From assembly GCF_964355755.1 (NCBI RefSeq), contig NC_092672.1, positions 12,276,001 through 12,340,000 of the forward strand: a stretch of 64,000 nt of DNA, written 5' to 3'. This document shows positions 13,272 to 26,840 of this stretch, in pieces. Position 1 is the stretch's first letter; each line of letters opens with the position of its first letter. The translations under genes were made by a program, and so were the position numbers. The DNA is from Antedon mediterranea (taxonomy: Eukaryota > Animalia > Echinodermata). The notes under the pieces are model-generated. The model had not been told where the DNA came from. It ran no database searches and saw only the letters and a program-made list of their open reading frames with translations.

Positions 13272-14907
13272 CAGCGTTGCCAGCGATAAAATTTAAATTA
13301 TGCCGTATCCTGTCTCAAATAATGCCAGATTGGGAAAAATAATGCCAGATCCCCAAAATGTGGCCCTAAACAGCGCCACCAACGGTTGTATGTCTAATAA
13401 ACGTTTGTAAAACCCCAACTGACACAAAATAGGGCCTAAAATTGTATCCCCATGTCGTACAAAATTTATATTTTTAGTTTTGTGAGTATTAACTAATAAT
13501 TCTAAATATCTGGGGTGCGAAAATGGTAATTGCAAATGACACCAACACCAACCCCTACCCCCCCCCCCCCCCACCCTATAAAATAAAAAAACAGCCATGG
13601 AAATTTATAATTTTTGAGCTGAAATATGAGAGCTGCTCGATGGCCGGGATATTTGCACTTAATTTTAAAAAATGAAAGGATCTTATAGCCACCATAATTA
13701 GAAAATGGAAATTATAATTTAAAATAGGAAATAAAAAAGATTATTTTGAGTGTCTCCAGGACCTCAGCCCCACCATGGTTGATAAGAACATTTGGAAAAA
13801 TACAGCTACTCGATGGCCGGAAATGGCACTTAATTAATATGAAATAAAAATATATTTATTAGTGTCTCCATGATCTTAGCCCACCATAGTTCGAAAATGG
13901 CAATTATAATTTAAAATAGGAAATCAAAATATATATTAATTGTGTCTCCAGGACCTCATGGTTGGGGCTGAGGTAAGAAAATTTGAAAAAATAGAGCTGC
14001 TCAATGGCCGGAAATGGCACTTAATTTCAAATATAAAATAAATTTATTAGTACCTCCAGGATCTTAGCCCATGATAGTTTTGAAAGTGCCAATTATAATT
14101 TAAAATAGGAAATAAAAATATATATTAAGTGTTTCCAGGACCTCAGCCCCACCATGGTTGGGGCTGAGGTAAAACAAATTGGAATAATAGAGCTGCTAGA
14201 TGGCCGGAAATTGCACTTAATTTTAAATAAAAATGTATAAGAGTCCCTAGGACCTCGCCCCATCATGGTCACTGAGAGATGAAGAACATTTGGAAATATA
14301 GGGTTGCTACGACGATGCAAATGGAACATAATTTGAAATATGGAAAACAAATTCTCTAGAAGAAATTCTTTTTAAAATTAGAGCTTCTAGTTACCGGAAA
14401 TTGCCATTTTAAGGGTTGGGGTAGGGGTGTGGCCGCTTATAATTATGAACTGAAAAAACAAAACCCCTTTCATAATGTGTTTTCGTTCAATTGTCTCTAT
14501 ATCTGGGGATCCAATAACCTGCATGGTCTCTGAAATAGAGCAACATAATTGGCCAATAGGTAGCCTCTTCGGATTTGTTGTGCTGCCTATATCGCACACA
14601 CGGTAGTTTTCGAGCAGCCTTCCTATCCGAAGAGCCGATTAAGTCCGAAACGAAAGGATGGAAAAACTATTGTACGGAAAACCCGAACAGATCTGTTTTG
14701 TACGATATGATATTGTGTAGGGTGATATGTATTAACAAAATATTTTATTTTTGTTCTGTGGTATATTATTTTTCTGGTTGTTCAAAAAACACAAAATTAT
14801 GCCAGATTATGCTAAAAACGGCTAAATAATGCCGCGGCATTATGCCAGATGCCGTGGGCCTCCAAATAATGCCAAAAAGCATAATAATGCCAGAAATGGC
14901 AACTATG
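13272..14907. mobile_element. Non-autonomous hAT-like DNA transposon
   Basis: Perfect 8-bp TSD ctacaagc (13264-13271 and 14908-14915); imperfect TIRs cagcgttgcca / tggcaactatg; subterminal ataatgcca repeats; internal ~180-bp tandem repeats; absent from sister units. Confidence 0.85.
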
Positions 14908-16853
14908 CTACAAGCTTGCCGTTAAATAATTATAGAGGGGGTAGTTTCAATAAACTTTGGCAGACGGCAAACATACAATGTATAGAGTGCGTTTAAAAAT
15001 ATTTTCGGAGCTTATTAATGAGATCAGTATTTGTAGTAGACATGAAGACAATATATTTTAATTTAGATTGATTATTTGTGTAAGAGGAAAACATATACTT
15101 AGTTCTACTATCTGAATAAACTAAAGGGAATTCATCTTCAATTGATTGTAGAGAGCATAATTTGCATAGTCTATCATTTCTATTAGGCCTAATACGATTC
15201 CATCTTCCTTTTTCTAGTTATAATATTCCTAGTCTTTGTTTAGTCACAATGTGTCTATGTTTGTAATTTTAATTACGTATTCTTCCGTTCCAACATAATT
15301 TATATTGATTGCGTGTAAAATATTGGAGCTTATAGAGAGTGTAACCTATTATCTCATAGAATTGTGTCGTTCAATAAGCCTCGCCTTTGTTTAAATTTAG
15401 AAATAAAAAATATTGTTGACCTGTTGAGCATGCCATGTTGCCAAACCCATTTATACATAATAAGTTTTACATCATTGACCCAAATTGCTCATTTTGTTAC
15501 GTTTTTCTATGTTGAAAATCATAACATTGTTTAATGAATTTTTAATAATCTATTTGGCTTACTCTCAGCCACTAACGAATTAAATTAATGATAGTTGGAG
15601 TTTGGATAGGGAATCCTCGACATTCTCCTTTCATTACATCACTTGGAGCAGAATTTTCTATTCCTAAAATATATTTTTATTCTAAAATCAAAATATAATC
15701 CGAGTGGTATGAAGAAATTGTTCATCTGCTGGAAAACTACAAGTCAGTCGATGCTACAAACCACAAGGAAAGTCATTATATCTCAGATGCTAGTGAAGTA
15801 GTATGTGGTCAATGCACGTATTTAAGATTGATGACTCACGATAATATTCCTTCTATTTCTCTACTATTACAGTAGCTAACGCCAAAGTTACCCCAGCTAA
15901 AAAAAACAAGATATCAAGTGTATGTAGCTAACCGGGTACAACAAATCAACGATGCAACTTCCATAGAAAACATCTTCTAATCCGAGTGATATAGTCAGTA
16001 GAGCCGTGCGTGCTAACAGTAAGCAATTGATTTCAGATACCGGATGGGTGAGTAGTTCTACACTTCTTCACCAGGTAGTTCTTAACAAACAAAGGCGGTT
16101 GGCCGAAATCGATGACGAATCGAGTATAAGGTTGTTGCTTCAGAACTAAAATATATTCGCTCATTCCACACTAATGTTGACAAAGTTGCTTCAGAATGGT
16201 TTTATAACAGACAGATAAAATGAACTATAAATCACATTAAATGTATTGAATGTTCATTCCCCTTAAAGGAACCAACACGTAGTAAGGCATATTTTTTAGA
16301 TATGCCTATCAATGGTAAACTTAACAGTGATATAAGACAGCAAAACACATGCAATAATTTAATATGAAAAGATTGGTGTAAATATTGCGAGGAGCCATGT
16401 AACGGCAGTATGTGTAACCGAGTTAATGATTATGTAATTGTTGTTGAAGATATGCTCATCGGGAATAATTTGCATAAAATACCATGTTAGCCTACGTATA
16501 TTAGAAATCTCACTAGCTGTGTAGTTAGTTGAGACGATGCTATCGTCAGCTGCACGATTTTTAATATATTTTAAATTGTAGTTTTGCTTTGATAATAAAT
16601 GATTTTAATTATTATAATACAGAAGGGTTAGCATTGAACCCATTTTAGAAGTATTGGTTTAGCGTCTTGTTCAATCTAAAACGCTACAGCTACACAATTT
16701 TTAATATATTTTAAATTGTATTTTTCATTTGATAATAACTATACACTTTTCCAAAGAAAAACACATTAAACAAATCTAGGATTTACTTATAACGGGAGAT
16801 AATATAAATAATTACGCTATGGATTTTTAAATCATTGTATAAGAGTAATTTAC

Positions 16854-16958
16854 ATTTTTTGTTGCTGTAACTGATGCTCCGTTGGCTATAAGACTGTTCA
16901 CTATCTCTACATTACCCCTGCCAAACCTAACGTGTTCATGTAGCGGTGTGTTTCCATC
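16854..16958 (-). CDS. Gene A ANK exon 4: DGNTPLHEHVRFGRGNVEIVNSLIANGASVTATKN
   Basis: 105 bp, AG/GT bounded, phase 0-0. Confidence 0.9.
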
Positions 16959-17322
16959 CTGAAAAGAAGAAAGTTAGTATTATTATATTTCATATTTTTC
17001 TTTTCTAGATTCATTTTTTAATTCATTAAGAGTGACCGTAAATTATCTAGAAATACCTAGTATTAAGAAAATAATAAAACTTGTTTAAAAAGTATTAATT
17101 TCGCGTTTTTTTTTTATCTAAAACGCTACAGCTACACAATTTTCAATATATTTTAAATTGTATTTTTGCTTTGATAATAACTAAACATTTTTCCAATGAA
17201 AAACACAATAAACGAATCTATGGTTTGCTTATAACGGGAGATAATGTAAATTCACTTGTAGTGTTAACTAATACGAATAATTACGTTAATGATTTTTAAA
17301 TCATTGTATAAGAGTAATTTAC

Positions 17323-17427
17323 ATTGTTTGTTGCTGTGATTAGTGCTCCGTGAGCTATAAAACTGTTCACTATCTCTAAATTACCACGGCCAAACTCAAC
17401 GTGTCTATGTAGCGGTGTGTTTCCATC
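17323..17427 (-). CDS. Gene A ANK exon 3: DGNTPLHRHVEFGRGNLEIVNSFIAHGALITATNN
   Basis: 105 bp, AG/GT bounded, phase 0-0. Confidence 0.9.
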
Positions 17428-20400
17428 CTGAAAAGAAGAAAGTTAGTATTATTATATTTCATATTTATCCTTTTCTACATTCATTTTCTAATTCTAAGAG
17501 TGAATGTAAATTATATGGAAATACCTGGTATTAAAAAAATGACTAACTGATTTCAATTAAGACATGCAGATGATTTAGCAATGAACATCATTTTGAAAGT
17601 ATTGATTTTAGCGTCTTGTTTAATCTAAAATTCGACAACTGTACATGATGTTTAAATATCGTAAATTATATGGTGATGGTTAATAACTATAAATAATATA
17701 ATTTATTAAATTAATAAACATATTCCTACGGCTAGACATTTCGTTTAGATTCAAGTAAACTTTCATGAATACTGAATTTGTAGATATGTACGTATTTACC
17801 AAACCGCCTTCAAAACATAATTGCAAATTCCAACAATACACACTTACGGTGAATTCAATAAATATTTTGTTATATTATTAATCTACTATCCATCCCACCT
17901 TCATCCTACAATGAAAAAAAATATTACGTAATTCGTTTCTCCCATTTGCTATGAGGCTTTTGAATGCAAGCTATGTGTATGTATCGTGTTATATGACATT
18001 TGCCTTTTTGTTATATTTGTTGCATTTGTATTTTATCCGGTGACGTACTGTCTGTAGTTTACCATTTTTTTTTCTACTAGGAATAATAACGTTAATGATT
18101 TAAATAATAGTAAATCTCTGTCAACGCTACCAAACTGTATCAATAAAGTGTCGTACTGTCTGTATTTTACCAATTTTATCATATCTTTACTATATTTATT
18201 TAATATGTGACAAGCAGGACAATTTGTTTTACATTTCTCAGAGCTTGTTGGTATATCATCATAATTACATTTTTCACAAATTAAAATATTGTGGTTTAGG
18301 GCCTACATAGTTATTATCAAACATTCTCATATACAGTACTTCATTGCCTCTTTGTACTGTATTTCACCTTTCCTAGCTGTGGATGCTTGCCAACGTCGCA
18401 TAACATACTCGTTTAACTATCATTAATAACCAATAAACAAGTTAGCAAAATCTGTCTCACTACATTTGGCCAGTGCCATTAAAAAAACTTCTTGGAAGAG
18501 AGATGAGGATCTCAAAATCACAATAAATGCGTTAAAATTGAATCAAACAACAATAATAACAAACTACTATTTATCAACTGTGAGATTTAACAACAACAAT
18601 GTATCTCGTCTCTTTCCCTCAAGCTTGCCGTTACATAATTATAGAGGGGGTAGTTTCAATAAACTTTGGCAGACGGCAAACATACAATGTATAGAGTGCG
18701 TTTAAATATTTTCTGAGCTTACTACTAATGAGATCAGTATTTGTAGTAGACATAAGGACAATATATTTTAATTTAGATGGATTATTTGTGTAAGATGATC
18801 GAAAACATATACTTAGTTCTACTCTGAATAAACTAAAAGGAATTCATCTTCAATTGATTGTAGAGAGAATAATTTGCATAGTCTATCATTTCTATTAGGC
18901 CTAATACGATTCCATCTTCATTTTTCTAGTTATAATATTCCTAGTTAAGTCACAATGTGTCTATGTTTTTAATTTTAATTAAGTATTCTTCCATAATTCC
19001 AACATAATTTACATTAAATGCGTGTGAAATATTGGAGCTTATAGAGAGTGTAACCTATTATCTCATAGAATTGTGTCGTTCAATAAGCCTCGCCTTTGTT
19101 TAAATTTTGAAATAAAAAATATTGTTGACCTGTTGAGCATGCCATGTTGCCAAATCCATTTATTCATAATAAGTGTTACATCATTGACCCAAATCGCTCA
19201 TTTTGTTGCGTTTTTCTATGTTGAAAATCATAACATTGTTTAATGAATTTTTCATAATCTATTTGGCTTACTCTCAGCCACTAACGAATTAAATTAATGA
19301 TACTTAGAGTTTGGATAGGAAATCCTCGACATTCTCCTTTCATTACATCACTTGGAGCAGATTTTTCTATTCCTAAAAGATATTTTTATTCTAAAATCAA
19401 AATATAATCCAAGTGGTATGAAAAAATTGTTCATCTGCTGGAAAACTACAAGTCAGTCGATGCTACAAACCACAAGGAAATTTATTATATCTCAGATGCT
19501 AGTGAAGTAGTATGTGGTCAATGCACGTATTTAAGGTTGATGACTCATGATAATATTCCTTCTATTTCTCTACTATTAGCTAACGCCAACGTTACCCCAG
19601 CTAAAAAAAAACAAGGTATCAAGTGTATGTAGCTAACCGGGTACAACAAATCAACGATGCAACTTCCATAGAAAACATCTTCTAATCCGAGTGATATAGT
19701 CAGTAGAGCCGTGCGTGCTAACAGTAAGCAATTGATTTCAGATACCGGATGGGTGAGTAGTTCTACACTTCTTCACCAGGTAGTTCTTAACAAACAAAAG
19801 CTGTTGGCCGAAATCGATGACGAATCGCGTATAAGGTTGTTGCTTCAGAACTAAAATATATTCGCTCATTCCACACTAATGTTGACAAAGTTGTTTCAGA
19901 ATGGGTTTATAACAGACAGATAAAATGAACTATAAATCACATTAAATGTATTGAATGTTCATTCCCCTTAAAGGAGCCAACACGTAGTAAGGCATATTTT
20001 TTAGATATGCCTATCAATGGTAAACTTAACAGTGATATAAGACAACAAAACACATGCAATAAATTAATATGAAAATATTGGTGTAAATATTGCAAGGAGC
20101 CATGTAACGGCAGTATGTGTAACTGAGTTAATGATTATGTAATTGTTGTTTAAGATATGCTCATCGGGAATAATTTGCATAAAATACCATGTTAGCCTAC
20201 GTATATTAGAAATCTCACTAGCTAGTGTAGTTAGTTGAGACGATGCTATCGTCAGCTGCACGATTTTTAATATTTCTTAAATTGTGGTTTTGCTTTGATA
20301 ATAAATGATTTTAATTATTATAATACAGAAGGGTTAGCAATGAACACATTTTAAAAATATTAATTTAGGCTCTTGTTCAATCTAAAACGCTACAGCTACA

Positions 20401-20559
20401 CAATTTTTAATATATTTTAAATTGTATTTTTCCTTTGATAATAACTATAGACTTTCCAAAAGAAAAACACATTAAACAAATCTAGGATTTGCTTATAACG
20501 GGAGATAATTCAAATAATTACGCTATGGATTTTTAAATCATTGTGTAAGAGTAAATTAC

Positions 20560-20664
20560 ATTGTTTGTTGCTGTGACTGAGGCTCCGTTGGCTATGAGAC
20601 TGTTGACTATCTTTACATTACCCCTGCCAGACCTAACGTGTTCATGTAGCGGTGTGTTTCCATC
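20560..20664 (-). CDS. Gene A ANK exon 2: DGNTPLHEHVRSGRGNVKIVNSLIANGASVTATNN
   Basis: 105 bp, AG/GT bounded, phase 0-0. Confidence 0.9.
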
Positions 20665-22579
20665 CTGGAAAGAAGAAAATTAGTATTATTATATTTCATA
20701 TTTTTCTTTTCTATATTCATTTTCTAATTCATTAAGAGGGAATGTAAATTATATAGAAATACCTGGTATTAAGAAAACAATGACTAACTGATTTCAATTA
20801 AGACATGCCGATTATTTAGCAATGATCATTTTAAAAGTATTGATTTTAGCATCGTGTTTAATCTAAAATTCGACAGCTGTACATGATGTTTAAATATCGT
20901 AAATTATATGGTGATGGTTAGTAACTTTAAATAATATAATTTATTAAATTAATAAACATATTCCTACGCCTAGACATTTCGTTTAGATTCAAGTAAACTT
21001 TAATGAATACTGAATTTGTAGATCTGTATGTATTTACCAAACCGCCTTCAAAACATAATTGCAAATTCCAACAATACACTCTACAGTGAATTAAATAAAT
21101 ATTTTGTTATATTATTAATCTATTATCCATCCCACCTTCATCCTACAATGAAAATATTACGTAATTCGTTTCTCCCATTTGCTATGAGGCCTTTGAATGC
21201 AAGCTATGTTTATGTATCGAGTTATGACATTTGCCTTTTTGTTATATTTGTTGCATTTGTATTTTATCCTATAGGTGTCGTACTGTCATGTATTTTACCA
21301 TTTTTTTTTCTACTACGAATAATAAGGTTAATGATTTTAAATAATAGTAAATCTCTGTCAACGCTACCAAACTGTATCAATAAAGTGTCGTACTGTCTGT
21401 ATTTTACCAATTTTATCATATCTTTACTATATTTATTTAATATGTGACAAGTAGAAAAATTTGTTTTACATTTCTCAGAGCTTGTTGGTATTTCATCATT
21501 ATTACATTTTTCACGAATTAAAATATTGTGGTTTAGGGCCTACATAGTTATTATCAAACATTCTCATACACAGTACTTCATTGCCTCTTTGTACTGTATT
21601 TCACCTTTCCTAGCTGTGGATGCTTGCCAACGTCGCATAACATACTCGTTTAACTATCAAATAACAAATAAACAAGTAGCAAAATCTGTCTCACCACATT
21701 TGGCCAGTGTCATAAAAAAAAAAAAAAATTGGAAGACAGATGAGGATCTAAAAATCACAATAAATGCGTTAAAATTGAATCAAACAACAATAATAACAAC
21801 CTACTATTTATCAACTGTGAGATTTAAATGCATGCTTGAGTTGAGAGCAAGTAAAACCGTTAACAACAACAATGTATCTCGTCTCTTACCCTCAAGCTTG
21901 CCGTTAAATAATTATAGAGGGGGTAGTTTCAATAAACTTTGGCAGACGGCAAACATACAATGTATAGAGTGCGTTTAAATATTTTCTGAGCTTACTAATG
22001 AGATCAGTATTTGTAGTAGACATAAGGACAATATATTTTGATTTAGATGGATTATTTGTGTAAGAGGAAAACATATACTTAGTTCTACTATCTGAATAAA
22101 CTAAAAGGAATTCATCTTCAATTGATTGTAGAGAGCATAATTTGCATAGTCTATCATTTCTATTAGGCCTAATACGATTCCATCTTCCTTTTTCTAGTTA
22201 TAATATTCCTAGTCTTTGTTTAGTCACAGTGTGTCTATGTTTTTAATTTTAATTAAGTATTCTTCCATAATTCCAACATAATTTACATTGAATGCGTGTG
22301 AAATATTGGAGCTTATAGAGAGTGCAAACTATTATCTCATAGAATTGTGTCGTTCAATAAGCCTCGCCATTGTTTAAATTTTGAAATAAAAAAATATTGT
22401 TGACCTGTTGAGCATGCCATGTTGTCAAATCCATTTATACATAATAAGTTTTTCATCATTGACCCAAATCGCTCATTTTGTTGCGTTTTTCTATGTTGAA
22501 ATCATAACATTGTTTAATGAATTCTTAATAATCTATTTGGCTTACTCTCAGCCACTAACGAATTAAATTAATGATACTT

Positions 22580-23110
22580 GGAGTTTGGATAGGGAATCCT
22601 CAACATTCTCCTTTCATTACATCACTTGGAGCAGAATTTTCTATTCCTAAAAGATATTTTTATTCTAAAATCAAAATATAATCCAAATGGTATGAAGACA
22701 TTGTTCATCTGCTGGAAAACTACAAGTCAGTCGATGCTACAAACCACAAGGGTTTGGAGAAGTCAAGCAGGCAGAAATTCATTATATCTCAGATGCTAGT
22801 AAAGTAGTATGTGGTCAATGCACGTATTTAAGATTGATGCCTCATGATAATATTTCTTCTATTTCTCTATTATTAGCTGACGCCAGCTAAAAAAACAAGA
22901 TATCAAGTGTATGTAGCTAACCGGGTATACAACAAATCAACGATGCAACTTCCATAGAAAACATCTTCTAATCCGAGTGATATAGTCAGTAGAGCCATGC
23001 GTGCTAACAGTAAGCAATTGATTTCAGATACCAGATGGGGTGAGTAGTTCTACACTTCTTCACCAGGTAGTTCTTAACAAACAAAGGCGGTTGGCCGAAA
23101 TCGATGACGA
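22580..23110 (+). mobile_element. Degenerate BEL/Pao LTR-retrotransposon pol (RNase H region) fossil inside the 3.3-kb unit; copies at about 15600-16120, 19310-19830 and 25840-26370
   Basis: Reads LQVSRCYKPQGFGEVKQAEIHYISDASKVVCGQCTYLRLM, then YQVYVANRV, SNPSDIVSRA and WVSS across frameshifts. Matches the BEL/Pao pattern PRCY...ELHxFSDAS..YG...YLR / FVANRV / NPADxxSRG. Confidence 0.8.
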
Positions 23111-23849
23111 ATCGCGTATAAGGTTGTTGCTTCAGAACTAAAATATTTTCGCTCATTCCACATTAATGTTGACAAAGTTGTTTCAGAATGGTTTTATAAC
23201 AGACAGATAAAATGAACTATAAATCACATTAAATGTATTGAATGTTCATTCCCCTTAAAGGAGCCAACACGTAGTAAGGCATATTTTTTATTAGATATGC
23301 CTATCAATGTTAAACTTAACAGTGATATAAGACAACAAAACACATGCAATAATTTAATATGAAAAGATTGGTGTAAATATTGCAAGGAGCCATGTAACGG
23401 CAGTATGTGTAACTGAGTTAATGATTATGTAATTGTTGTTGAAGATATGCTCATCGGAAATAATTTGCATAAAATACCATGTTAGCCTACGTATATTAGA
23501 AATCTCACTAGCTAGTGTAGTTAGTTGAGACGATGCTATAGTCAGCTGCACGATTTTTAATATATTTTAAATTGTAGTTTTGCTTTGATAATAAATGATT
23601 TTAATTATTATAATACAGAAGGGTTAACAATGAACACATTTTTAAAATAATAATTTAGGCTCTTGTTCAATCTAAAACGCTACAGCTACACGATTTTTAA
23701 TATATTTTAAATTGTATTTTTCCTTTGATAATAACTATACACTTTTCCAAAGAAAAACACATTAAACAAATCTAGGACTTGCTTATAACGGGATATAATA
23801 TAAATCATTACGCTATGGATTTTTAAATCATTGTATAAGAGTAATTTAC

Positions 23850-23954
23850 ATTGTTTGTTGCTGTAACTGATGCTCCGTTGGCTATGAGACTGTTCACTAT
23901 CTCTACATAACTCCTGTCAGACCCAACGTGTTCATGTAGCGGTGTGTTTCCATC
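23850..23954 (-). CDS. Gene A ANK exon 1: DGNTPLHEHVGSDRSYVEIVNSLIANGASVTATNN
   Basis: 105 bp, AG/GT bounded, phase 0-0, TPLH motif. Confidence 0.88.
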
Positions 23955-26840
23955 CTGAAAAGAAGAAAGTTAGTATTATTATATTTCATATTTTTCTTTT
24001 CTACATTCATTTTCTAATTCATTAAGAAGGAATGTAAATTATATAGAAATACCTGGTATTAAGAAAATAATGACTAACTGATTTAAATTAAGACATGCAG
24101 ATTATTTAGCAATGATCATTTTAAAAGTATTGATTTTAGCATCTTGTTTAATCTAAAATTCGACAGCTGTACATGATGTTTAAATATCGTAAATTATATG
24201 GTGATGGTTAGTAACTTTAAATAATATAATTTATTAAATTAATAAACATATTCCTACGCCTAGACATTTCGTTTAGATTCAAGTAAACTTTAATGAATAC
24301 TGAATTTGTAGATCTGTATGTATTTACCAAACCACCTTCAAAACACAATTGCAAATTCCAACAATACACTCTACGGTGAATTAAATAAATATTTTGTTAT
24401 GTTATTAATCTATTATCCATCCCACCTTCCTCCTACAATGAAAATATTACGTAATTCGTTTCTCCCATTTGCTATGAGGCTTTTGAATGCAAGCTATGTG
24501 TATGTATCGAGTTATGACATTTGCCTTTTTGTTATATTTGTTGCATTTGTATTTTATCCTATAGGTGTCGTACTGTCATGTATTTTACCATTTTTTTTTC
24601 TACTACGAATAATAAGGTTAATGATTTTAAATAATAGTAAATCTCTGTCAACGCTACCAAACTGTATCAATAAAGTGTCGTACTGTCTGTATTTTACCAA
24701 TTTTATCATATCTTTACTATATTTATTTAATATGTGACAAGCAGGACAATTTGTTTTACATTTCTCAGAGCTTGTTGGTATTTCATCATAATTACATTTT
24801 TCACAAATTAAAATATTGTGGTTTAGGGCCTACATAGTTATTATCAAACATTCTCATATACAGTACTTCATTGCCTCTTTGTACTGTATTTCACCTTTCT
24901 TAGCTGTGGATGCTTGCCAACGTCGCATAACATACTCTTTTAACTATCAAATAACAAATAAACAAGTAGCAAAATCTGTCTCACCACATTTGGCCAGTGT
25001 CATAAAAAAAAAAAAATTGGAAGACAGTTGAGGATCTGAAAATCACAATAAATGCGTTAAAATTGAATCAAACAACAATAATAACAACCTACTATTTATC
25101 AACTGTGAGATTTAAATGCATGCTTGAGTTGAGAGCAAGTAAAACCGTTAACAACAACAATGTATCTCGTTTATAGAGGGGGTAGTTTCAATAAACATTG
25201 GCAGACGGCAAACATACAATGTATAGAGTGCGTTTAAATATTTTCTGAGCTTACTAATGAGATCAGTATTTGTAGTTGACATAAGGACAATATATTTTGA
25301 TTTAGATGGATTATTTGTGTAAGAGGAAAACATATACTTAGTTCTACTATCTGAATAAACTAAAAGGAATTCATCTTCAATTGATTGTAGAGAGCATAAT
25401 TTGCATAGTCTATCATTTCTATTAGGCCTAATACGATTCCATCTTCCTTTTTCTAGTTATAATATTCCTAGTCTTTGTTTAGTCACAGTGTGTCTATGTT
25501 TTTAATTTTAATTAAGTATTCTTCCATAATTCCAACATAATTTACATTGAATGCGTGTGAAATATTGGAGCTTATAAAGAGTGCAAACTATTATCTCATA
25601 GAATTGTGTCGTTCAATAAGCCTCGCCATTGTTTAAATTTTGAAATAAAAATATATTGTTGACCTGTTGAGCATGCCATGTTGTCAAATCCATTTATACA
25701 TATAAAGTTTTACATCATTGACCCAAATCGCTCATTTTGTTGCGTTTTTCTATGTTGAAATCATAACATTGTTTAATGAATTTTTAATAATCTATTTGGC
25801 TTACTCTCAGCCACTAACGAATTAAATTAATGATACTTGGAGTTTGGATAGGGAATCCTCGACATTCTCCTTTCATTACATCACTTGGAGCAGAATTTTC
25901 TATTCCTAAAAGATATTTTTATTCTAAAATCAAAATATAATCCAAATGGTATTAAGACATTGTTCATTTGCTGGAAAACTACAAGTCAGTCGATGCTACA
26001 AACCACAAGGGTTTGGAGTAGTCAAGCAGGCAGAAATTCATTATCTCAGATGCTAGTGAAGTAGTATGTGGTCAATGCACGTATTTAAGATTGATGCCTC
26101 ATGATAATATTTATTCTATTTCTCTATTATTAGCTGACGCCAGCTAAAAAAACAAGATATCAAGTGTATGTAGCTAACCGGGTATACAACAAATCAACGA
26201 TGCAACTTCCATAGAAAACATCTTCTAATCCGAGTGATTTAGTCAGTAGAGCCATGCGTGCTAACAGTAAGCAATTGATTTCACATACCGGATGGGTGAG
26301 TAGTTCTACACTTCTTCACCAGGTAGTTCTTAACAAACAAAGGCGGTTGGCCGAAATCGATGACGAATCGCGTATAGTTGTTGCTTCAGAACTAAAATAT
26401 ATTCGCTCATTCCACACTAATTGTTTCAGAATGGTTTTATAACAGACAGATAAAATGTATTGAATGTTCATTCCCCTTAAAGTAGCCAACAAGTAGTAAG
26501 GCATAATTTTTCACGCTGCTGCTTTAGCCCGCTACATCCCAGGAGGATGACACATTAAGAAACCGAAAGTAAAGCAGCAGTTATATATCCAAGGTTGACA
26601 GTTTTGCTAAAATGCATACTCGACTGTAATTTATAGGTACCACCAAAAAATGTCTGGGAAAAAGTCTAACGGTTGAATGACAAATCCTAAAGCATTTGTG
26701 GTATTTATGAGTCCCATGATATTATATAGTTCGTTGTCATACATTATTCAAAGGTTTTCTTGTTTTTCATCCTTGAGTTTACCGTAAACATGGTGATGAT
26801 TTATATCATATTCAAATTCAAATAAATATAGTTTCTATAC

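Larger units (their letters stand above)
11065..26510. repeat. Four ~3.3-kb tandem units, each an ANK-array intron
   Basis: ANK spacing is 3237 bp (17323 to 20560) and 3290 bp (20560 to 23850). Unit 1 (11065-16853) is the same sequence plus Helitron and hAT insertions and a ~360-bp deletion near 13143. Unit 4 similarity ends near 26510. Confidence 0.9.

Noticed and set aside
8502-23954. RAG-type recombination signal sequences flanking the ANK cassettes
   Set aside because: No CACAGTG heptamer with a 12/23 spacer and nonamer was seen next to the exons. Long intron homology is enough to explain shuffling, and somatic rearrangement cannot be inferred from this sequence.
21028-25031. Repeated plus-strand ORFs (21028-21447, 21526-21978, 24318-24737, 24816-25031 and similar)
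   Set aside because: They recur only because the 3.3-kb intron is duplicated. They have AT-rich low-complexity composition and are broken by indels in sister units.
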